From positions 58,023 through 122,022 of IMG/VR virus record IMGVR_UViG_3300031994_000017: DNA of 64,000 bases; one strand, given 5' to 3'. Of the stretch, positions 9,400 to 21,199 are shown piece after piece (position 1 is the stretch's first letter; every line of letters begins with the position of its first letter). Source of the stretch: a virus. Its lineage: Duplodnaviria > Heunggongvirae > Uroviricota > Caudoviricetes. The position numbers were made by a program, and so were the translations under genes. Under the pieces are notes generated by a model, which saw nothing but the letters and a program-made list of their open reading frames with translations, searched no databases and had not been told where the DNA came from.

Positions 9400-10713
9400 T
9401 TACATTTTATTTGCTATTTCCGCGATTTTACTTCTATGAATTTGATTTAGTTCAATTTCACCATAAATATCTTCGCCTCTAAAAATTTTAGAAGCTCGAT
9501 ACATACCATTCTTTATACCTTCATAATTAGTTAAATCAACCTAGCTTTTTATATCACCATCTAGAATAAAAATAACATCTTCTCCTGCGCGCTATAATGC
9601 TAATTTTAATAATTCAACATCTAAATTTTGCGCTTCGGTAATATAAATACCGGCATTCATTCCAGAAGTATCATATCCTCTAATATCACTTATAGGCAAT
9701 AATATTAATTTTTCATTGTTTATTAACTATTCTACAATTAATTTACTACCTAATTTGCTTGCTAAAAAGTTGCCTATTTGAGAATCTAAAAGTTTAGCAT
9801 CTTTACTGCCTGGGTAAAAGCCAAGCTTGGCCGCATTTTTAGTCGCTACTGGATTACAAAAGATAATTATTTTATCTATTTTATTTTTTTCTAATAAATA
9901 GAATAAATAACCAATAGCCAAATAAGATTTACCTGTGCCCGCAGGCCCTTTTATCATTGTTATTTGGTTATTTAATAAGCTATCTGCTACCATAGCTTGA
10001 TAAATATCATCTTTATAAGGTTTAATTTCTCCTAATTGTTTAGAGCAAAAACTTTTGTATTTTAATGGACGAAAAGAATTTCCTAACCAGCATAAAGTAT
10101 CTACTCTATTTTTAGTTTGAGTTTCATAAATATTTAAATATTGATTTACTTTTAATTTTAAATCTTGCCCAAGTTTTTCTGGATAAGAATAAAAGTCAGC
10201 CATTTCTTCCTCATTAAGGTAAGCATCAATATATCCTTTATAATCATCTTTGATTTTTTCGCTTTTTACATTTTCTTTACCAAAGAATTGTTGAGCGATT
10301 ATTTTTAAAGCCAAATCATTAGTATAAAAAACACATTTTTCATCCCAATGAGTTTGTAAATAATTATAAGCTGCGGCAAGTATTTTACTATCATTATTTA
10401 TTTCAATATTTAAATCATGAAGCCAATTTTCAAAATTAGTTTTATAAATAATACAAGTATATTTATCAGGATTTTCATCTAATTGATGTAGTAGCTACTA
10501 TGCTTTACTTTTAATACTTGAATCTTTGTTTGCGGAAGTTTTTATATTTTCTAATTCTTTTAATGAAATATTTGTAATAACTATTTTGTCATTGGTATCA
10601 AAAATTTCTTCTGCTTTAATTAATAAGCTACTTGTGTCATATATTTTAGTCATTTTCATATTCTTCTCCTTCTTGCGGTATAGTAAAACCAATTGCGGAT
10701 ACATTATTTTCAA
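9400..10713 (-). CDS. phoH: PhoH2-like protein (PIN domain plus PhoH ATPase) with at least 6 in-frame TAG codons, including a TAG-TAG tandem
   Basis: The N-terminal PIN shows KIYDTSSLL and SLKELENIK. The Walker A is GPAGTGKS. The C-terminal ILDGDIKS[TAG]VDLT aligns with the conserved PhoH GD-x-TQ-I/V-DL motif (recalled from memory), placing TAG at a Gln. The true stop is TAA at 9400. Confidence 0.6.
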
Positions 10714-11029
10714 TATTTGTATTTGTTGCTATTTTTGTTTGATTTTCCGCAATCTTTAACGCTACTTCACTTTGTTTCTATTGGAACCAACTTGCGCACG
10801 TATTAAATATATTATCTAATACTGATACTCCCCAAGCGCCAAAAGAGAAGCCTAAGAAAAATATTGTTATTTTAGAAATAAGACATCATCCTCTCTTATT
10901 AATATATAGGGGTAATAATTTATTACCCCTATATGTATTATTTAGCAGTAGAGTTTTTATTTAAATAATTGATTTTAATTATCCAAGAGGAAAATTTTCT
11001 TTTTCCTTGTTTTCATTTTTATCAGAGTT

Positions 11030-11269
11030 CTATGAAATTTTTAATAAATTTTCTTTCTCAGCCTTTTTATAATAATATGCTTGACTTACCCCATAGGCAG
11101 TCCAAGGTAAAGCCACCATTGCGGTTAGCCAAGGCAATTCCGCGTATGCTCCTAAGAAAACACAAATAAAAGAAAGAGCAATAAGTGAAATTGTCATGAT
11201 CCAAATAAGAGCTGATTCTTGAATTAGTAATTTTTTAGAAAATTCTTTTTTTTTTTGTTCTTTCTTCAT
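11030..11269 (-). CDS. Small membrane protein
   Basis: Hydrophobic helices (ISLIALSFICVFLGAYAELPWLTAMVALPW). Confidence 0.35.
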   Translation of the reverse strand: MKKEQKKKEFSKKLLIQESALIWIMTISLIALSFICVFLGAYAELPWLTAMVALPWTAYGVSQAYYYKKAEKENLLKIS

Positions 11270-11307
11270 TTAAAATTATCTCCTTTTGGTAGGTATGCTT
11301 TAGGTGC

Positions 11308-11742
11308 TTAAGGGTTTTCTTTTATCGGATATTCGTATTTATGTTCGCAACCGAAAATAATATGATTTGGTGATTCTCCAAAATTATTACTATTGAATCC
11401 AATAGCAAACACATCCGCATCCATTCGATTAGCATATTGTATAGTATATTTTCCATTATATATATTACCAGGATAGTCATTTTCAGAATAGACGCAAACG
11501 TTTGGCATAGCATTAATAATTTCTTCATATGTTTTATCAAGTCTTAAATTATTAGTACCTTCAATACGTTCTATATTTACTATTAAGGCTGAAGAATCGC
11601 TGGAGTCATCACCAGATTCAGCATTCTCTTCAACAACATCAGCAATTTTATCCATTACAGATATTAAATTTTTATCCTCTGCTTCCTCACCACTAAGTGC
11701 GGTAAAAATTCTCTTTAATGGTTTTAATAAATTTAGTTTCAT
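11308..11742 (-). CDS. Hypothetical acidic protein
   Basis: 144-aa ORF. Confidence 0.35.
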   Translation of the reverse strand: MKLNLLKPLKRIFTALSGEEAEDKNLISVMDKIADVVEENAESGDDSSDSSALIVNIERIEGTNNLRLDKTYEEIINAMPNVCVYSENDYPGNIYNGKYTIQYANRMDADVFAIGFNSNNFGESPNHIIFGCEHKYEYPIKENP

Positions 11743-11764
11743 TGTTATTATCTCCTTTTAAAAA

Positions 11765-12880
11765 TTATTTTTTTTCAGTATAATCAAGGCAAATCCAACC
11801 AGCGCCAGATTTTAATTTGCCCCAATTATCCTTTTTATCAACAATAGTATATACACCATTTTTATAAATAACAGTTTTAACGCTATAATTGGCGCCTGGG
11901 CCGCTGCGGACATTAAGTGCGTTCGCGGTTACACGGATTACATAGGGGTCAAAAGCAGGGGCAGGTGGTTGCGTGCTGGCCGCAGCTTTAGTGAGATATT
12001 TTGTATTAATAGGGCTACTAATTGAACTCTTTTGGTCTTCTGATTTATCAATAACAGCTCTATCACCTTTAATAGATTTAATATACCATTTTTTAGCTAA
12101 TACCCATGAAGGAATTGCTTTTCCGTTGTAATAAGTTGCGCCAGATTTGATATCAACTAAATCGCCAGCCTTAAATTCTTCGGTAGTTGGGGGAGTCGGC
12201 GGTTCAGGCTCTTTTGCGGCTGGAGGAGTAGTTGCTTTTAAAATCGCAGAAACGTCTGCCCGCACATTGTTCATATCTTTATTGTATTTATTAAACCAAC
12301 TATAAATATCAGTGTGCGCGCCTCCAAGACCTAACTTATAGCTATCCCAGTGGCAAAGAATGGTAGGAACTTGAACGCCCTTATACTATACTGTGCCATT
12401 TGGATCAATATTAAACATATTACATAAATAGGCAGTTATTTCACAAGCTTCTTTATAAGCCTTATTAAAATAGTCCTAGCTTGTGTAGCCGTCATCACAG
12501 ATTTCAAACTAGATCCAAAATGGTCCACCAGTAGAACCATTACAACTACCTTTAGGTCCTGAGCCGCAGCCCCAAGGACGATAATTCCAAGGCATTGTTT
12601 GAACAGTGGTTATAGTTCCATCCGCCAGTTTACCAACCCAGCAGTTAAGACCAGCAGAGTGATGAATATGATTCCAATCATTCTTATAAGCATTTTTACC
12701 TAATAATTGAAGTAATTGAGCTTTATTTGCCGCATTATCATCTGGTTGAACATATCTGCGAAGTTCTGGGTTTCCACCAGCGGTATCATGCCAAAGAATG
12801 CCTACGGGTGTGCCTTTTGTGGTACCTTTATAGCAAGTACTCTATGTCATCATACAAACTAGAGGTTTATTATTTGTATT
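11765..12880 (-). CDS. Endolysin: an N-terminal catalytic domain that uses TAG codons, plus C-terminal tandem SH3b cell-wall-binding domains
   Basis: The C-terminus has KAGDLVDIKSGATYYNGKAIPSWV and VIRVTANALNVRSGPGANYSVKTVIYKNGVYTIVD (SH3-like). The N-terminus MKYNTNNK...GILWHDTAGGN... has a GGAGG SD at 12880 and 4 in-frame TAG codons. Confidence 0.55.
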
Positions 12881-12897
12881 ATATTTCATAAAAAATC

Positions 12898-13113
12898 CTC
12901 CTTTTATTCTTCTTCTTCTTTAGTTGGGTTATTTTTATCTACCCATGTTTTATTTCCATTTAAAATATATTCTTTTCCGCTATTTATTACATAAGCAGTA
13001 CTTCCCATTTTATCAGTAGTGCGTAATTGCTTTATATCTTCATCTGTATCTACTATATAAGTCTAAATACCATATGCTTTAATTCCATTAGAAGCAATAA
13101 TGCCTATAGACAT
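12898..13113 (-). CDS. Small hypothetical protein (1 TAG)
   Basis: MSIGIIASNGIKAYGI[TAG]TYIVDTDEDIKQL... Confidence 0.3.
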
Positions 13114-13210
13114 TTTATTTCCCTCCTTTTTTAATCTCTACTTTTTATAAAAAAGATATCGGTAAAATGAAGCAAAATGGCCCAAAAAGAAAAAGCCAGA
13201 GTGATTTATT

Positions 13211-13633
13211 TCACTCTGGCTTCTTATCTTCGTATTTGTTTTTAATGCGTGTCGCATATTCAGAATAAACATTTACAATATCTTTTTCAAATTTTTTACT
13301 TTGATAAATATAATCTTTAATTACTTCCAAATCATCTTCTCGTTGGCGGATTTGTCGCTGAAGCATTATTGCTTCATAACTCTTTGGATTATATTTTTTG
13401 CTTTTATTCATTGAATAATATAATTGCTTTAAGGCTTGTAATTGCGGTTTAATTTCATTTTCTCGGACGAAACATAAATATTTACGAAATGCTCTTCGTT
13501 CTGCGAGAGAACCGCCAATATATTCACTAAACCTATCTTCTGGATGACAATGAGCTTCTCCAGTAAAGGAAAATCCTTTGTAATCCATAACCGCAGTTGT
13601 TAAACCATTTTCCGCATTGAAAAAAGTTTCCAT
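13211..13633 (-). CDS. Hypothetical protein
   Basis: 140-aa ORF; a promoter motif lies upstream at 13640-13690. Confidence 0.4.
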   Translation of the reverse strand: METFFNAENGLTTAVMDYKGFSFTGEAHCHPEDRFSEYIGGSLAERRAFRKYLCFVRENEIKPQLQALKQLYYSMNKSKKYNPKSYEAIMLQRQIRQREDDLEVIKDYIYQSKKFEKDIVNVYSEYATRIKNKYEDKKPE

Positions 13634-13639
13634 ATATAG

Positions 13640-13690
13640 AACTCCTTTTTTCTTTTATTATATCATATATTTTTATAAAAGTCAAAACAA
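13640..13690 (-). promoter_or_regulatory. Conserved promoter motif (copy 3, more divergent)
   Basis: TTGACTTTTATAAAAATATATGATATAATAAAAGAAAA on the minus strand. Confidence 0.4.
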
Positions 13691-13724
13691 ATATTTATAT
13701 TAAGAGATATACTTGTTTTAATTA

Positions 13725-14041
13725 TTTCATTTGAACATAATCAATTTTAAAGTAATTGGTTCCATCTTTGGTTAACCGCAATGTGCCAACGGTATCATAA
13801 CCAAAAATAATAAAATCAATAAATTTGTAATAAGTATCACAAATATAACTAGTTAATTTACCCGTACAATTAGGTCCTTTAATTTCAATAGCTAAATCTT
13901 CATTATTTTTTGCTAAATTGAAAATATAATCCCAATTAAATTTAGCTTCTTCAATATTTTTACTTTCAAAAATAAGGTTTTTATTTTCCTAATAAGGATT
14001 ATCAGTAATAGTAATAGTAGGGATATAAATAGTCATAGTAT
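13725..14041 (-). CDS. Small hypothetical protein (1 TAG)
   Basis: MTIYIPTITITDNPY[TAG]ENKNLIFESKN... Confidence 0.3.
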
Positions 14042-14194
14042 TTTTTCCTCCTTAAAATTAATTAGCAATTAGATAAATATTATTTAGGCGTGTAAACATT
14101 CACGTCAACAAACAATTTATAAAAGGAAGTCTGCGCGACCTTAGTAGCATGACCAACACAACGATAATTGCTTCGCTTATGTTGATTCCCTCCC

Positions 14195-16081
14195 TTATGT
14201 GATTACTTCATTGATCGTGATGGTCCAATTTGCGCCGGACCCATAGCCCGCGATGCGCAGTAGCGGTCGGTTATTTACTGATTTCAGTGGCATATTATCA
14301 GGCGTCAGCGTCCATGTCATATTGCCGCTCGCATCAAAAGCGATTGTTCCATAGTTGGTGGATGTACCCTCCGTGAGATAACCGCCGCCAACAAAGGTCT
14401 CATCCGTATGGTAACAGCACCACGTTGCGTTGCTGTGTGTAGACTTTCGCATATCCACACCGCTCGTGCGGATGACAACAGTCTCGCCCTTGTCCACCCA
14501 CGGCGTCAGATCGATGAAGCCGGAGGTCGTGTAGCCAGTGGCAGCAGAAAGTGTGCCTTTGCTTGTGGACAGGCGATAGCCGTCTGTGTAGCCGATTGTG
14601 TTGATAAGGTTGGTATAACCACTCGTCACACAGGAAATCGTGATGTTCCCGGTCACATTTGCGATGGAGATTGTTCCATTATTGTATGCCGTCGCAGAGA
14701 TGTCCACGCCTCCCATTAAGACGGTCACGCTGCCGATGGTGTAGCCACTCGGAACGGTCAGTGTTGCGCTGTAGGTCTGGCCCTCTTCGATAGATGTCGC
14801 CATGTTAGAGATCTCCGCCTTGCCAAGGCTGTTGATCGTAATCGTGTATTGTGCCGTCACGTAGTTATAGGTCCGGTCATAGCCGGCGCCGTAATGGTCT
14901 GCGTATATGACACCGCGATCCAGGTCGATGCTCACCACGACAAAGGCCGTGTCCTGTCCGGAGTCAGCGGTCTTGTTGTAAGTAGTTGTTTCGCCGAACT
15001 CGACGCCATTAGATTCTGTTCCGCTATTGCGGCCATATTCGTTATTGCGTCCGAAGCAGACATTTGGTACCGCCAGTCGGACCACATCCATCTCACCCTC
15101 GTCGATGGCGCCACCAGAGTATCCGATGGCGTGGAGCTTGCCCATGAGGTAATTGTGAGTGTGCCCATGAATCTGCGCGATGAGCTTAGCACTGTTTTTC
15201 CCGGAAAAATTGTAGCTTATTGTTATTCCGTCATAAGCCAGTGAGACAGCGCTGCCGTTTAAGTATGCCTTGATTATCTGAGACACGCGGAAGGTCTGCC
15301 AGTCGATTGGGTGGTGACAGCAGATAATCACTCCCCAATTAGCTGCGTCGCTCTTGCTACCAACCTCGCCGAGCCGGTCGGCAAACCACTGTAGCTGCCT
15401 GCCGCTGATCCACAGGTCCTTCGATTGCGTGTCCGCTGTCGTCTCGGCGCTGTTAAGGCAGATCACCCGGATTTGCTTGGATACAAAGTCCTGATAGCAG
15501 TATCCGCCCTTGAGATTTTGCGGATCGACCGTGCCGGTGCTATAGACGCCGACCAGGTTATACATCTCGTCCCGATAGATCGGCGTGTGACCACCGAGGT
15601 CTGAGGAAAAGTGTAGATTATCATGGTTGCCAACACTATGGAACTGCGGCAGACTTCCGAAGGCGTCCGCGAGGTTGGCATGCATCTGCCTAATCTCCGC
15701 AACGCCGTTATCATAGGTTGTGTTGCTGCCGCCGGCGGTGGCATCTCCTAACCACATGCAGCAGTCGATCTCCAGTGCCCGGCGCAACAGGCTGGCCGCT
15801 TGTCCAGCGTGCTTTGCTGAGGTAACAAGCTGCGCGTTAGTGCGGTCGATGTGACTATCTGATAGCGCAAGAATGCGGAAACCATTCACGATCCCGTGGC
15901 TACTGACCTGATTGGCCACCCGGAGCGCCTCCTGTACCACATAACTGTCCGGATAGCTGCTGATCTCCCCGATCGCCGCCGGCATCTGCGCCGGGGTATA
16001 GGATGCGCTTAACCCGTTCTTCGCTCGAATCGCGTTGGCAATCGCGGTGAGGTTAGATTCTGTTATTAAAGCTTGACTCAT
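14195..16081 (-). CDS. Receptor-binding or tail-fiber paralog with a calcineurin-like metallophosphoesterase domain and Ig-like repeats; GC-elevated
   Basis: ILALSDSHID, GDATAGG, GNHDN and GHTHNY metallophosphoesterase motifs. The N-terminus is shared with the 2493..4439 protein. The repeat TLTVPSGYTIGSVTVLMGGVDIS resembles SVGVTPASGYVISDVSITMGGVDIT. Confidence 0.55.
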   Translation of the reverse strand: MSQALITESNLTAIANAIRAKNGLSASYTPAQMPAAIGEISSYPDSYVVQEALRVANQVSSHGIVNGFRILALSDSHIDRTNAQLVTSAKHAGQAASLLRRALEIDCCMWLGDATAGGSNTTYDNGVAEIRQMHANLADAFGSLPQFHSVGNHDNLHFSSDLGGHTPIYRDEMYNLVGVYSTGTVDPQNLKGGYCYQDFVSKQIRVICLNSAETTADTQSKDLWISGRQLQWFADRLGEVGSKSDAANWGVIICCHHPIDWQTFRVSQIIKAYLNGSAVSLAYDGITISYNFSGKNSAKLIAQIHGHTHNYLMGKLHAIGYSGGAIDEGEMDVVRLAVPNVCFGRNNEYGRNSGTESNGVEFGETTTYNKTADSGQDTAFVVVSIDLDRGVIYADHYGAGYDRTYNYVTAQYTITINSLGKAEISNMATSIEEGQTYSATLTVPSGYTIGSVTVLMGGVDISATAYNNGTISIANVTGNITISCVTSGYTNLINTIGYTDGYRLSTSKGTLSAATGYTTSGFIDLTPWVDKGETVVIRTSGVDMRKSTHSNATWCCYHTDETFVGGGYLTEGTSTNYGTIAFDASGNMTWTLTPDNMPLKSVNNRPLLRIAGYGSGANWTITINEVIT

Positions 16082-16102
16082 TTTTTATCTTACCTCACTT
16101 TC

Positions 16103-18688
16103 TTAATAACTTGTAGTATTAGCATTAGCCATGGGAACCCAATTAATTTTTAAATTATTGGTAGAACCATTTTGACTAATTTCAAACTACCCATAAGATA
16201 AGCCTGTGTCTTCATCCTAATAATTAAAATTAAAATATATTTTTTCTATGTCAGTATCTACAAAATAAGAATTTAATCTACCTCTGTTGTATCCGCCATC
16301 ATTAATAATTAATGAAATATTATCACAATTGTCAGCAGCATTCTCAAGTGTGCTCCATGTTACAGCGGGAGTATATGAAAGAGTAGCTGTTGTGAAAGGA
16401 TTAGACGTTATTGTCAATTCTAACTAAGTAGTTACTGCTTTATTGTCTATAAACAATTCATTAGATGATGGATTATAGGTTAATGATGAAGCTTTGTTCA
16501 CAGTAGCAGTTACAGCTGTTGTAGCAGTTGTACCACCCAATAATATTGGATAATTACCACTAGTTGTAATTGCCGCGGCTTGCGTAACTTGATGATCACC
16601 AGTTGGTATAGTCCATGATCCAGAATTATTTAAGAAGTAAGTAGAAGAAGAACCAAAAGCTGGGCCAGCTTTTACCATATTACTATCGCTATTGTCAGTA
16701 ATTAAAATACGGTCACTAGAAGCAACTGTTACAGTAGTTGTTACAGCGCCAGCATTAGTGATATTACCATGAGTATGCTCGTAAGTAGCAGCTCCTCCTG
16801 AAGAACCAAGAGTCATAATACCAGGAGAATCAGTAGTAGCTGTTGGTGGTGTGTAATTTAATGATAGATGACCATCTATTAGTGTAAACTATTCACTAAC
16901 ACTTTCGATAAAATTAAAATTTTTAATATAAATAGTTAATATATGATCTTCACCATTATATATAGCTGCTTGTCCCTAAAAGAAACTTGAAGCTATTTGT
17001 TGAGCAAAACCAATAGTACCAGGAATAAGCATAAAAGATCCCATAGTTACGGTACTTTTAGGATAAAATAAAATTTCTGAAGGATAAAATAAAATTTCTG
17101 AATCAGTAAAATCATATACTGCTATATAATAACTTAATATTTCTTGGTTAATAAAACTCTAAGGTACATTATTATAGGTCAGAGTAGTTACACCATTTTT
17201 AGTAATTATTGTGGGAGGTCCATAATCATTTAAATTTATATGATGTATTAGTGTCTCATTTCCAAGTTCTTCCCAAGTATTACCATTCCATACAAATTCA
17301 GTCTAGCTATTATCAGCGCTATTATATTGTAAATATACATCACCAGCATCACCTAAATACTCACTACCTATAACACTACTTGCCGCATTCTCAGTTCCGC
17401 CATCAGTAATGGTCTATTGGGCAGAACCTTTAAAGTGCATTGCTCCTGTGGTAGCACCAATTTCATAGATGTCTGTTATGGTAGCGATACAGTATTCTGA
17501 ATTTTCAGATTGCGTTACTAAAAAAGTAATTAATTTATTTTTATAAATCCCTTGAAATGAAATACTGGTTCCATTTATTCCAATAGGAAGAATAGGAAAA
17601 GAATCAACTATTTCATTTGCCTATGAATCATCAACTAATACTCCTACTATATAAGTCTAAGCTCCCTCCAAACAAAAACCAATTAATTGACTATAAGATA
17701 TTTCACTACGAGATGTAAAATTCACTACGGCAAAAGTGTTATTTATAGAAAGTGAAAAAGGATAAGAAACTACTCTTATAAACTCTACAAGTTTTGCATC
17801 ATAATTGGTAAAAGCATTACTTATTTGACTATTGACCCAACTAATATTAGGTATTATATCTCCGCTAGAATCATCAGTAGGAGTGGGAGCCGTTGGGGCT
17901 CCAGTAAACGCAGGGCTTGCTACTGGCGCTCTACTTGTGTCAGTTGGGTGAACATGGTCTGCTCTAGCATATTCGGTTGAAGTACCAATAGCGCCTGTAC
18001 CATCCATAACGGGAGTAGTTGTAGCAAAACCACGATTTCCATTATAGATACCAACAATATGATATTGCGTGCTATACATCATAATAACAACATCATTAGG
18101 TTTGATTAAATTAGTGGGGCAAGCAGCACCATTCCAATAAATCGCTTTAGCGCCTTTACTATTTATATTTAAGGTTGGATTTGCGGCCGTATTACCATTG
18201 GTAAATTTAATTGCGCAAATACCATGAGCAACTAAAGCATATGATGACATTGAAACAGTTTTTGCGGCTGTGCCTACTGCGGTACTACAAGTTCCATAGC
18301 ATTGACCTTGTGCTACATTATTTGTATAACCAGAGGAATTATAGCCATAATACATCATCCAACAGCCGCCAGAGATTCTAGTGCTATCATATACAAATAA
18401 CATTGTATAAGCTGTATTAAATGTAGTAGTTACTGCGCTGGCGTTGGCCATACTATTATAAATGGGTTTAGCGCCCAAACCATTGACATTTAAAGTACAA
18501 CCAGAAGCAGAAGTTACTTTACCATTTTTGATAAAGCAGCAAACACCATCTCGCAACTCTTTAATGCCAGGAACAGTGGCGGTAAAGGCTGTTGAAGTTG
18601 AAGTGCTGTCAACAGTGCCGGACGGAATAGCCACTGCCCGCACACCATATTCTTGTTCATTAACTTCTATATTACTTATAAAAGCCAT
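16103..18688 (-). CDS. Tail fiber protein (about 860 aa) with many in-frame TAG codons
   Basis: The start MAFISNIEVNEQEYGVRAVAIP has an AAAGGAG SD. An internal module MHFKGSAQ[TAG]TITDGGTENAA...GDAGDVYLQ...EFVWNG is shared with 19924..21170. The frame is continuous through ORFs 17657..18688, 16424..16816 and 16217..16417 to a TAA at 16103. Confidence 0.55.
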
Positions 18689-18709
18689 AATTTATATTTT
18701 CTCCTTTCA

Positions 18710-19840
18710 TCATTTTTATTTTGATGACTAGGATTTTTCTAATAAAGCTAAATAATTTTTCTAAATTCTTTCATCTAAAGGAGCTAGCTATAAGGCTTTT
18801 AAAGCATTTTTTAAACCTTTCTCTATATCATTAAGATAAAAACAAGAAATAGCAATTGTATCATACGGACCTTCGCGCCAGACGACAGCGCGTTCAGTCC
18901 AGTCAAAATGCTAATGACTTTTCGCCAATCCCTCTTCCATGAAAGCAAGAGCAATATTATACAGCCCTAGATCATTATATATAGTGGCAAGATTATAATA
19001 TGGTTCTCTATATGTATAATCTAATATTAATTGTTGATTATAGTATTTTATTGAGGTAGCAATATCATTTTTACAACGATAAATATCTCCCAAATAACCC
19101 GTTACACAATATTCGACAAGCGGGAATGTTTTAATATCATCTCTGGCAAGACATAATTTAAACTATTCTATTGCTTTATCAAATTCTCTAAAATTACCAT
19201 ATTCTCTACCTAAGAGATAATAACCATAAGTATCAGTAGGATCTTCTTCAACCCGCAGTTTTAACAAATCTAAATAATTAGATCGTGATTTTTCCTAGTC
19301 GGGATAGTGATGTAAGGTAATAGAATTACCGAAATCAATTAAATGACCTCCTTGTATTTCTGCGGCTAATTCTTTGTATCCTCCAGGAGGTAAAAGAACT
19401 TCATGAACCGCGAAATGCCATTGATACCCATGGATATGCATTTTATCATACCAAAATGTTTCAGCGGGTTCTCCTGTTGGGGTATGTGACCAAATATACC
19501 GATAATGGCCACGCCAAGTATTTTCTGTCCAATTATTGCGAATTAAATCACCCCAACCGGGTTCAAGTAATTCGTCTAAATCAGTGCAAAATAAGATATT
19601 AGCATCTTCTGGCACAAGTTTTAATGATTCATTGCGGGCAACATCAAAACGCCAAGGTTTAATTATTTTTTGTTCTATTCTTGTTACTCGTGAATCATTT
19701 TTAAAAAATTCATATGTTCCATCGGTTGAGCCGGTATCTAAAATTACTATATAATCGGCCTCTGACATTGAATCAAGCCATTTGGCAGCAAATTTCATCT
19801 CATTTTTACATATAGCGTAAATACAAACTTTATTTTCCAT
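18710..19840 (-). CDS. Family-2 glycosyltransferase fused to TPR repeats. It contains TAG codons and an apparent +1 frame change near 19195.
   Basis: GT2 N-terminus (CIYAICKNE...ILDTGSTDGT...DLDE). The TPR text continues in the +1 frame after ...YYLLGRE|LW*. Confidence 0.4.
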
Positions 19841-19923
19841 ATATAATCTCCTTTATCTCATTTACATCAAGAGGTGACCATTAGGCCACCTCTTGATAGT
19901 TATAATTTTTATTAAATTGTTTA

Positions 19924-21170
19924 TTACAGAGTGACAGAGCCAGTAACGCCTTCCATATATTGTTTTGTGCTAGTAACAGTAATGGTTGCTGAGGTGCCCG
20001 TAAATGTAGGACGAGAAACTGTGCCATTTGGCAGTGTAATAGAAGTGCTGGTAGATGTGTCAATTTCGGTAACAACATCTTCGGTAGCTGTAACTGTAAT
20101 AGTTGCTGAAGTACCGGTAAATGTAGGCTGAGAAACTGAACCAGCGGGAGTATATGTTCCAGTACTAGTAATAGCGGCCTTTGTTGGGGTGATTTCGACA
20201 CTAACAGGAAGTGTAACATTGACCGTAGTAGAACCCCAAGTAAGAGTAGGAGCAGAAACTGTGCCAGCAGGAGTATAAGAGGCCGTAACTGTAATAGTCG
20301 CAGTAGTGCCAGAGAAGGTAGCTCCTGTAACATCTTTTACTACTGGTGTTGTTAAAGGATTAATAGCAGTTACTACATTCTCAGTAGACCAAGATAATAT
20401 TTCATTACTTACTGTAGCTGTATAAAGAACATTCGCTAAAGTAGGAGTATCAAAACCATAAACAACAGAAGTAGTTGTTTTATTTACACTAACGGAACCA
20501 GCGGGAGTATATGTTCCAGTACTAGTAATTGTAGCTTTAGTGCCAGTAAAGGTAGGTTGACTTATTGTATTACTAAGCAAAGTAGCTTGACCAGTTCCAG
20601 ATGTTACATCTTTAACAAACTACTCTGAGCTAGTAACTGTAATAGTCGTTGAAGTGCCAGTAAAAGTGGGTTCTGAAACTGTGCCGGCAGGAGTATATGT
20701 TCCGCTGCTAGTAACCTTTTTTAGCGTTGGAGTATCAAAATTAATATTAACTGCCACAGTTTTTGTGGAGTTTGTAGTAGCCCAACTGAAAGAAGGGGTG
20801 CTAATGGTACCAGCAGGAGTATAAGTTGCGGTTGAACTTACTGTAGATTTTGTGGGAGTAAGATCTACTGAATATGTGCCATGAGTTGCGTAAGAACCTT
20901 CATCGCCTAAAAGTTCCCAAGCTGACCCAGTCCATACAAATTCGCTAGTGCCAGGAGATTTTTGTAAATATACATCACCAGCAGCACCTGTATATGGACT
21001 GCCAGAAGCAGCAGCCGCATTTTCAGTTCCGCCATCTGTTAAAGTCTACAAAGCTCTATTTTTAAAATGCATTGGACTACCAATACTACCAATTTGTTCA
21101 CGAGCCCATGCGTCTTTAATATTATAAGTAATTGTACCTATATTTACTTTAGAAATATATGGTGTTGTAG
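19924..21170 (-). CDS. Tail fiber paralog with tandem 'PTFTGT-ATIT-TGTYTPAGSVS' repeats; contains TAG codons
   Basis: The start MPTTPYISKVNIGTITYNIKDAW has an SD. It shares the MHFKNRAL[TAG]TLTDGGTENAA module. About 7 imperfect repeats of roughly 30 aa. Confidence 0.5.
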
Positions 21171-21199
21171 GCATATTTTTTCCACCTTTCTTTTTAAAA

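Noticed and set aside
14408-15744. Plus and minus ORFs 14408..14719, 14849..15244, 14932..15192 and 15463..15744.
   Set aside because: Antisense or off-frame ORFs inside the GC-rich 14195..16081 gene. No SD and no support.
19881-20333. 150-aa Leu/Gln-rich ORF overlapping the tail-fiber repeat gene.
   Set aside because: It is the alternate frame of the repetitive fiber gene, which has low complexity. The fiber frame has an SD and homology to its paralog.
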